From: Moniliella sp. 'wahieum'
Lineage: Eukaryota
Direction of reading: 5' to 3'
Assembly (NCBI GenBank): GCA_003971905.1
Contig: RSEE01000067.1
Location: forward strand, 1 to 64,000
DNA: 64,000 bases
Both the position numbers and the translations under genes were made by a program. The notes under the pieces were generated by a model, which was given only the letters and a program-made list of their open reading frames with translations, made no database searches and was not told the origin of the DNA. Shown in pieces: positions 50,801 to 60,456 of the stretch. Position 1 is the first letter of the stretch. Every line of letters begins with the position of its first letter.

Positions 50801-52640
50801 CTCGCACGGGCGAGCGAGAACGGTGATAGGGGGAGTGCGAATCATGAAAGGGAGACTGGGCTCCTGATGCCGCGGGCCCACGGGACAGTTGACGGCGGGG
50901 CGCTTGAGGCTCGTCTGCCCATTCGCGTCCCGCTCATCCGCCAACTCCTTTGCTGCAGGCGGACCACGGACAGCGGAGGGGAGCAAGCCCTGTAACAGCG
51001 GCAGCACCATAAGCTGTGCGAGATCCATTCCGGCGCAGACTGGCGTGGCGGCGTGCAGAGGCAGAACGTTCCAGGTCGCTAGGAGCACGGCGGTGATGGC
51101 GCTCACGCGGATTGTAGCTGCGCGGCAGACCACGCGGCCGGTACGGGTGAGCGGAATAGCGTAAACTCGAACTCCGACTCGACGTGCCCTTCTTGGACCC
51201 TTCCTCTTCCTCCTCCTCGTTCGGCTGCTCATCAACCCAGTCGGAATGGGGGAGCGCATCGACGGGACGCGTGTCCGCTTGCTCATGCACAGTGGAAGTA
51301 GGTGGTGGACGGGAAGCTGCCATGGCGGGCAAAGTGGTTTGAGATGCGGGAGGCGACGAGGTCCAAGTGCCCACTTCGTCGGGCTGTTGAGAGCTGCTGG
51401 ACACGGGTGCCCTCTCGTGGGTCGGGTGCTTGAGCTTGGAGCCGACGCGGGACAGTTCCCCCTTCGCCTGGGATCGAGGCGAGCGCAACGCTGTGGGAGA
51501 CAAGCCCATATATTCTTCATCCTCTTCCTGTTGCATCTGGGCGCGGTACTGGGCGCGGGACTTGGGACGAGATTGAGAGCGGCCGGCAAGGGTAGGACTG
51601 GCGAGGTGCGGGGCCTCAGGCAACGGTCCGGGCGGGGCTTTGCTGGCCCGAGGGGGTGCTAGCATCGGTTCGGCGGGGGTTGGAGCGGTGGAGGCATCGG
51701 CCCCCGGCGAGGCCAGCTCAAATTGGTCGTTGTAGTATTCTTCCGACAACCGAGCGGTCCGCTTGCGACGCGTCGAAGCACGTGCGATCCGTGCATCTTC
51801 CAATTCCGAGTTGTAAGGCACCCTTTCGGAGGCAGGCACGGCAGACGAGTGTGACTTGGTACGAGACGGGTACGGGTTGAGTTTTCCACGCGGACTAGTG
51901 GGCACAGATGATCGGGTGGGCTGCCTGACAGAGGGATGTTCGCTGGAGCGTGTTCGCGTGTGGCGGGTGTAGGTCTGCTGCAGAGGAGGGGAATCGCTCT
52001 TGGCACGAGGCCGCACACGGGGCGCAGAGAGGATTGCGTCGTCCTCAAAGCCCGAAACGGGGCGGTTGCGCCGGACCGAGTGGAGTCTGCGTTGTCGCCC
52101 CGGGACGGCCTCGTCGTCCTCGTCGTCATTCGCGTCGGCCCCAGGTCGAGCAGCAGGAGCTACGTCCTCCTCCGGGCTCAGTGGGCCAGCGGAGGGGTCG
52201 CGCGCGTGGACAGATCGCGCACTTCCTGGGCCAGAGCAGCATTGAGACGGTGGTTCTGCTTAGCACTGCGCTTGCGCTCATTAGCATGCACGCGCTCCAA
52301 GAGCATAGATCGCGTCTCGGCCGATGACACGGAGGCCCGCGGCTGAGGCTTGGTCTGGAACTGGGGTTCCGGCGCCAGCGGCGCGGGGCCAGTGCCGCTT
52401 GCGGGGGGCGGGAACGGTACTGCTCTCGGGGTCGCGGGTTACTTTGGGCGGGGAAGGGGCGTGTGTGGAGTCGCGGCGGCGGGCGGCGCTCATTGAGGGG
52501 GGGTTGCGGGGGCGGAGGGAGGTAGCGGGAGCGCTCGGGGGCGGGAGCGTTGTAGGCGTCGGGCGCAGGGCGGGGGGCCGTGCGCTGGGCGCGGATGCGT
52601 GCGCCCTGCTCTGCGGCAGATCCGTGGGGATGGGAGGCAT
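47872..52640 (-). CDS. Bifunctional wax-ester synthase/diacylglycerol acyltransferase (WS/DGAT family) with very long disordered N-terminus; intron 49839-49918
   Basis: Contains LTGVDQMF, PLWEALIV, KIHHGVADGQG (HHxxxDG, 49704-49724), YTLNDVACA, VPISLR...LSN, TNVPGP and AIGMISYAGEFSVAVACD. Both ends are approximate. Confidence 0.88.
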
Positions 52641-54357
52641 GGGGGGGCTGGGCCACCGGGAAGGCGGGGCAGCGGAGGCGGGATGGGATGGTGGTGGGGG
52701 GGGTAGAGGGAACACACTGCCGTCCTTCTGTTCATTCACGGACCCTCTGATGATCACACGGCCACTGGCACTGAGCATCGCCCGTCGCAGCCCAGTGGAC
52801 GTTGAACGCTCAGTTGAACGTTCAAACGCCAGCGGGCATGCGCTGCGTGCTTGCCCTGCGCCCAAGCGCCCCCGCCCGCGCGTGCGGGGACGCAGCGGCG
52901 CACGGCGCCAGTGTGCGCACGTACCCCGCAATGCCGCATGCCACCCACACCGCACATCCCCGCACGGGGGTAGTGTATTAGCTCAAGTGTCGTATGGCAA
53001 CGCATCACAGTCGCATGCATGCCATGGCTCCGCCGCTGGCATCCAGACAGAAGCCACGGGGGCGGTGTGGGCCATGGCATGCTGTTCTCCCGACAGACGC
53101 CAGAACGAGAGACTGGCACCGAGCACGCGAGGGTGACTGGCCCCACGCCAAGCCAGCTGCCAGCCATGCACAGCCAGGGGGCGCTGAGCGATCATCATGC
53201 ATCTGCATCACCCATCCTGGCCTGTCGTCCGGGTGCGGGTTAGATCGTCGGTCGCAGACGAACGGAGAGGCGTCGGGCCGCCGATCTTGGCTGGATGCGA
53301 GGCGCTCACGTGCTGCAGGCTCTGAAGCGCCAAGCCCTCGACACTCTCAAACTTCGTCACCAGTCACAACCATTGTATACTGTGCCTCGGACCTCTTCGG
53401 CCCCCATCTGCGATACATGCTACGGGCCGCGTCGGATCAGACCATCTCACATCCACAATGCTGCCAGTAACACCATAAGGCAGCATCGCCAGATGACCTC
53501 GTCGCAGCTACAGCGACGTCCCATCATGCATCGTTCGCAGCACGCCAAGAGAAGGTGTGCAAAAGGGTACATCGTCCGCAGTGACATCAACAAGGTTAAT
53601 GAGCGCTGAACATCCCCCTCTCCGTTTCCGGTACAGACTGAGCGATCAGGCTGATCCCTCAGGCTGATCCTTGCCGCCAGACAACCATTAATCATGGGAG
53701 AGTATCTCGGGCGAGTGATTCATAATACGCGTCAAAATCTCAATCATCATTCTCGTAACAGACCCCTTCCCCAATCTTCTCAGATCTCATCGTCCACATC
53801 AACATCCACATCCACATCCTACCACACAGCCACATGTTGTGGTTACAGCCCAACGCCTATGCACAGCGAACGAAACCAGCGACAAAGGGCGTAACAGGTG
53901 TATAGTCATGTGGGCTTGGGGTCAAATCAAGGCCAGTGCGACCCATGCACCCGCTTTTAACGGAACGGAAAAAGTACCATCTGGGACAAGGGGGGGGGGA
54001 GGGGGGGAGGGGGGGATACGTCCACATGAGCGCAGGGGGGAAGGAAGAAAGTGCAAAGTGAACTTGCAAGCCGTGACACGCAAGGATCCAGTCTCCTTGG
54101 CAGAAACTGGAACAATGACAAGGATGACAGAGAGAAAGGGACTAGAGGCGGAGCCGAATTGCCGAATTGGCCAATCATCGGCAAGCCTTAGAAACAGGGG
54201 GGGGGGGGGGGGGGGGGGATGGGAGGGAAGTGGGAAGCAATCAGGCCCTCAGCGAGGGCACTGTCCAAGCTCAGGTATATGTGGAGCGGCACATGGCGTG
54301 GTGAATAAAACGACCGAGAGCAAGGAGATGGGTGTGCGGGCAGGATCGAGGAGAGGC

Positions 54358-57265
54358 CTACGTCTTGCGGAACGGCTTGCCCAGCAGACGCGTGGACCAA
54401 AAGACGAGGAAGCCGCAAAACTTGAAAAAGGACAAGCCAAACGTAGACCAGAGCAAAAATTTAAAGTAGTAGTTGGTGTTGTTCCGTTGCGGTTTCGCAT
54501 GCTTGCTCCCGCTCGAACTGCTGCTGCTGTCCGACGGGTCGTAGTGGAGGCCATTGATGTTCTGGATGGCCACTGTCAGCGCACCATTGCACAGGATCCA
54601 CGCAGCAACCAAACGCGTCCGGAACGTCTTGTTGCTGTCGTCCATGGTGGGCTTCTCCTTCTCCTCGACAATCACCACGGGGGCCACAGCCCGCTGGACT
54701 ACTTCCCGGAAATGAGCATCAATGTCTTCTTGCTCTTGCTCCACCTCTTCCACGCTTCCATCTGCCGCCTTCTTGCTCGTCTCGACCGACGGCAGCACGT
54801 CCGCCTTGTCCGACCCTTTCGTACCCCAACTCACGTCATCAGGTGCACAGAACGCATACACATTGAGGATGTTGATCAAGCTGGGAGCAATGGCCAAATA
54901 CTGAGGGAAGGAGGTGAACATGTGCCACGGATCAAGGTACATGATCGAAGCGATCATGTAGACACCAAACGTAGCCACCAAACTAGCGACCAAGACACTG
55001 GTTGAGGAGGCATCCTGGAAGAACATTTTCCAGAATGACATGTGATGCTGCTTTGCCTTGTCATCCTCTCCAACCACCATTTTGACCGTGAGCCAAAGCG
55101 AGACCACCAACAGATAAATGCCCATGACGGCAAACACAATAAAGGAGACCACATACAGTGGCTGCTCTGCTTTGGGTCGATTTCCTAAAGCCAACACAAA
55201 TTGGAGGACGAGGAAGAAGACGTAAATCCACATGCACGCCTCATTAATCCATAGAAAGACCTCTTTGAGCGTGTTGCCGTCCTTCCCGCCAATGATCACG
55301 TCGGGCATGAACTCAATGATGATGGAAAACGTAAGCCACAGGTTGGCGAGGGCAAACCAGGTGAAAAAGAGGACGAGGGCATTGTACAGAGCTTGGAGAT
55401 GGAGGAAAAACATGCGAAAGATACCGTGACCAGAACCATAAATCTTCCAAAAGTGGACCAGGGCATAAATGGAAGCAGCAAAGGAACCATTGAGCCAACG
55501 TCGGCGCTGGCTGATCAGCTCGGCCGCCGCCTCCGGTACGTCAGTTTCACCCTTGGCCTTTTTCACGTAGCCCAAGACCCAGCGGCTCTGGGCTTTGAAA
55601 ACCAGTTCAAAGCACAGGATGCGGTCCTCAGCCAAGAACATGTTCTTGGTAAAGATGTCCATGCCTTGAACGCCCTTTTTGCCCAACCGATCGGCAAGGG
55701 TGTGATCGCCGTGGAAATACTGCTGCAGGGGTCTTCCCTGGATTGCGCTGTACCGATACGCACTAAACGCACCAGCAAGACAGAGACATAGCCAAAGGCA
55801 CTCTCGAGTGGCTTGTCGAGAATGTTGCTCATCTTGTACTCGAAATTTTGAGCGGCGATCAGGGGATTGATCAGCTTGGTACCCCCTTTGATCATGGCGT
55901 GAATTTCGCCACAGCATCCACCCAGGTTGCGGTTGTTGTACATGGCTTCCCATAGATAGTATAGACTCTTGGGGCTCGGCTTGGTACCTGCGTCAATCAA
56001 GATGCACACCTCAGGTTGAAGATGGAGACCGAGCGCGTTGAACAGCCAACGGTGCGAGTTGATTTTTTTCGCATTCTTTTGCTTGAGGCAGAAAATCATT
56101 TGGACAGGCACCATGTTGTTCTTGTCGTCCCCATGCGGCTGGACGAGCGAGGGCTTGGAATCAACCGAGAGTTGCGTCGTGTACTCAAACAAGTGGGCCA
56201 CCGTTTCCTTTCCATCGACCTTGCGCTTCATCACTCACTCCGTCTTGGTACACACCCACTGTAGCCAACAAGTCGAGCACTTCCTTGTCGCATGGATCAA
56301 TGCCATCAAAGATGAGTGCAACAACGATGCGCTGCCAGCTCTGCCGACCATCTTCGGCGGAACGGCTCCAAAATTGGAAGACTTGGACTTGCAAATGTCG
56401 CGAATGTTTTCCATCACGCCATGCAACGTACGCGACCAGCACGCGGTCCTCATTATAGTACGTGATGGCAATCAGGATCTCCGTGTCGCGGCCATACAGG
56501 TCGGACGCGCGCAGCGACCACCCATTCTCACGGGTAAAGTCGTCCGGGTCGCACGTGGCGGCCGTGTAGCGCATGTGGGTAAACTCGGTAGTCGTTGATC
56601 CCTGCACCCACTTGGGCTCAAACGAGTTGCGCACAGCGGTAGGAACACGGTGCTCCACGGTCCAGTGACCCTTGGTCAGCTTGACGCGCCGAGTCAGGCC
56701 GCGCCGGGGTCCGGCCTGGCGCTGGGCCCAAGCCACTTGCGACTGCACCTGCGAAGCACTGTCGTCAGGGCCCACCTCAAACGAAACGGCCGTTCCTGGA
56801 CGAGTGGAGGCGTCAAAGGGTGTGCCAGCAGGCGTGGGGATGCCAAACGAGTTGGGATCCGGGAGGCTGGTGGGGCAGAGGCCGTGTTAGTATGCAGGGA
56901 GGGGGGGGGCAGAACACAAAAGAGAGGGAGAGCCAAGGAGGCAACGTACCCGTACTGGACGTGGCGTGGCGGCGGGTAGGTAACGTCCATGGGGTCAGGG
57001 ATGACGGCGTCGTGTTTTTCGCTGGTCAGTGCCTGTTCCTCTGCGAGCTGAGCCTTGGACTCATCCTCGGCATAGCCGTGTGTCTCGCCGTAGGGGTCGT
57101 AGCTGAAGGAGGCGCTCTCGTCATAGTAGGGCACGGCGCCTGGGGCGGTGCCTGTGCCGGTGTGGCCGGCGGGGGCGGCAGGGGCGGGGTGGCGGCGGTC
57201 GCGACATAGTCGGTCGAGTACCCCTGCTCTGCGCCGTGGAGCGGTGCGTAGGGCTGGTGGCTCAT
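54358..57265 (-). CDS. Chitin synthase, division 1 (class III-like); intron 56867-56949; frameshifted
   Basis: Contains [97 protein letters not shown] and DVSWGTKG. Confidence 0.97.
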
Positions 57266-58014
57266 CCTCGACGACCGGCGGGTGGGAGTGGAGGTAGGGG
57301 TGGGGGTAGGGGTGGGGGGGAGGGGGGCGTGCGGGGCGCATGACGGGGCGCGGTGGCGGTGATTCTTATAGGGACGCGAGCACAGCGGCCGGTGGCTGGG
57401 AGCGGCGCAGGAGCCTGTCGTGCTCGCAGGCTCTCAGGAGGCGCCCCGCTCTGCCGCAGCCGCCTCGGCCTCGCTCCACGCCGGCCTGCCGCCTCACCGA
57501 CCACCCGTCACCCGTCGCCCGCCCGCCGCACGGCGCCTGCCTGCGGGGGCTGCCTGCCCCACCGGGGGTGCGCGCCCGGCGCCAGTGTCGCTGCGGCAGC
57601 TCTCCGCCGGGCACTGCACCGCGCCCCCTGCGTGCTGGTGCTGCGCAGCTCTGCGTGCGTCTCTGGCGGCCTGCCCGTCGCAGCCGCCCACTGTCCCCGC
57701 CGGCGCACCCGCGTGGGGTCACCGGTCACCGGTCACGCAGCACGAACCACTGCGCTGGTGCCAGGGCGGCGTGCCCAGTCGTCGGATTCCCACGTCCACC
57801 GCGTCGCCTGTCGCCATGTCCCCTGCCCGCCCGCTCGGGCTTGCGCACCCTTGGCTCACCTCGCGCGCTCGGGGATGTGGACGCTGGCCTGGCACGCTAA
57901 GTACGTATGGCGCCTTGGGCCTTTGGGGCTTTTATCCATATCTGTACTCAGTTCCAGAGTGGAGGCACCCCTCTCTCAATCAGACAAGCGCACTGTTACC
58001 ATGTTACCTGCTAG

Positions 58015-58049
58015 CTAAGCTTCAAGCCTCAAGCTTCAAGCGTCAAGCT
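58015..58049. promoter_or_regulatory. (TCAAGCN) heptad array, five units, in the divergent region between the chitin synthase and RCR-like genes
   Basis: Reads CTAAGCT TCAAGCC TCAAGCT TCAAGCG TCAAGCT. Function is inferred from position only. Confidence 0.4.
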
Positions 58050-58552
58050 GGCCTGAACGTCGGCACCTGAATTCACAGCGTGCACGTACATACACCTACA
58101 CGTTGTACACCCTTGTGTGCCATTCAATTTTCAGGACGATTGCGAACTCTGCTGTTCGCACGGGAAGAATGGTCTGTGCCCCCCAACGTCTCAACGTGCA
58201 ATCATCAGATCAGCTGGGACTTTCAAATTTCACCTTGCACATTGCAAGGTTGCAACGCGCGCGTTTGCAAGTTTCATAGTCACTAGCGTCTGCAATGGGC
58301 ATCGCTCCCCACGGAACACTTACTTGGCGCGCGCGCTTTTAATTTCATCGATCGCCGGCGCCTCGGCAGATCAGGCACCTGGCCAGCCTGGCCTGCGTCG
58401 CAGCAGTCGCAGCCTTGGCGTGACATCATCCATCAATTTAATCATCCGTCATCGATCACCCCTCCTGCATCCCGCCGCCACCAGATCGAACGCTCCTCTG
58501 CTCCTCTTCGTCTCCTCCCCTCCTCCCTTCCTCCTCCTCCTCCTCGTACGCC

Positions 58553-59035
58553 ATGCCCGTCTTACAAAAGCGCGAGTACTGTGCCGACCGCTTCGGCAAT
58601 CTCTACTGGTGTGGCCTCTCCTCAGGCGCCAAATGGGGCATTGGTACGTTTGCTCTCTCTCCCCCCTGTCCGCGCCATCTTGGAGGCCGCAGTGGCCACC
58701 CCCCTAACCCCCCCCCCCCCCCCTGACATGTGTGTGCCCTCTCCTGGGTTGAACCCACGTAGCGTGGGCCGTGATCGTGGGCGTGTTCTTCCTGTTTGTT
58801 TTGATGAGCCTGTTTGTCGTCCGCCGCCGGCGACAGGTGGTGATCGCCGCCGCCCCACCCACCGCGGCACCCTACCCTGCCCCGGCCCAACCGTACTTTT
58901 ACCCGCCCAAGGCAGGCGAACAGTCCTGGGCCGCCCCACCCACTTCCCCCCGCCCCTGCCGACCAGCAATTCTCTTACCCCCCGCCCCCGGGGCCACCGC
59001 CCCCGGCTTACCACCACGATAAGATGTCTGCCTAA
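58553..59035 (+). CDS. Small single-pass membrane protein of RCR (Rcr1/2-like) architecture with PPxY tail; intron 58644-58762
   Basis: MPVLQKREYCADRFGNLYWCGLSSGAKWGI splices in frame to AWAVIVGVFFLFVLMSLFVVRRRRQ, followed by a Pro/Tyr-rich tail ending YPPPPGPPPPAYHHDKMSA*. One frameshift in the tail. Confidence 0.65.
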
Positions 59036-60456
59036 CTCGCCCTGACCCTGGGTGCATGCGATGGGTGCCTCCCCTCCCCCCTAGCTCCCCTGGTTCACCC
59101 TAGAGTGCAACCGCCCAGCTCTCGTGCGTGCCTCCTTCGACCCTCCGTCTTGCCGGCACGCTCGTCTTGGCGCGTGTTCTGTTCCGTTGTTCTTTCTGCC
59201 TGTTACTGTTACTATTCCTGTTACTACTCCTGCCATGCCATCCCCTGGGCACGACACTCGGTCCATTGGGCGCCATGAGTGTCGTACCACGGGCGACGTC
59301 ACAGCGAAAGTGGCCTCCCTGCACCCCAACCGGCTTGCACGCCGGATATGTTCCCCCCGGTAGGGCGTACCGTTCATGTCGACCTGATATATTCTATCCT
59401 CCGGCCTCAGACCTTCCTTCATCGCCTCCATCCCCCCCCCCCCCCCCCCCTGCCCCTGCTGCACGCTGCACGCTGCACGCTGCACATTGTTATTTGATAA
59501 GCCGATCGCACTCCTTATTCCCTCTTACCTGGTACAAGTACGGGACGTGGGGTGCTGTCCAGCTCATGCCCGTTGTGGGCCAGCGTCCTAGGTTGAGAAG
59601 CAAACCGAAAGGATGCCAGAGATCCTAGAGACCTTAGCAGCATAGCACTACGGCAGAATGGGAGCGAGAATCAGTTGAGGGCGCAGCTGGGAGGAGAGAG
59701 AGTATGCCGGGGCCTAGAAAGCAAACCAACCGTGACAAACGGTTCAAGAGCAATAATGCGATGCGGGGAAAGGGGGCGACAGATGCAAGAGGAGCAAGGG
59801 AAGGCAAGAGAAGGGAGGGGAAGAGGTTTCCCAAAGAAAGAGAGGCACGCCGACCTGGGTAGCGCTCAGACTGAGCCCTCAGGTTCGCAAGCCGACACCT
59901 GTGCGGTCTGACTTGTGCTACGTCACATGTCACTCCTCGTCCAACATCAACACCTCGGCGCTTTGGCCTTGGACGATCCGACGGGAACGCATGCTGGCAT
60001 TCACGCTTAGATTGGACTGGTTGGTGGCGCGGGACGCAAGGTCAGCCAGGGCATGCGCGCGTGCCGGCGCCGGCGCCGGTGCAGCAGCAACCGGCGACGA
60101 TACGTTCCACCACCGGATCGGCGGGGGATAAATACATGTCGGCCGCCGAGACGGGCGGGGCGGAGCGAGGCGCTGGAGGCGCGGGAGGCGGGAGGCGCGG
60201 AAGGGGGTGAGAAGACACAGTGGGGGTAGGAACGGCGGCTGAGGGGGCGCGTGTTGGCCCTGTACCTGGCACAGGGAGAACGGGGGTGGAGCGAAGGCCA
60301 GGGGCTGGGGTGAGCGCGGCGTGGACCTCGGGTGTGTCGGACGGCAACCAAAACATGCTATCGGACATGGGGTCGGACGCATGGGTGCTCTCAGAGAGCG
60401 AGTAGAGTTGTTGTGGGGTACGAATGTGGGCGCGCACGTGCGCGCTCCGAGCCGGT

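Noticed and set aside
54197..54218. Long poly-G run (also C/G runs near 53990, 58708 and 59433)
   Set aside because: These are simple homopolymers whose length is unreliable in this assembly. There is no evidence of function.
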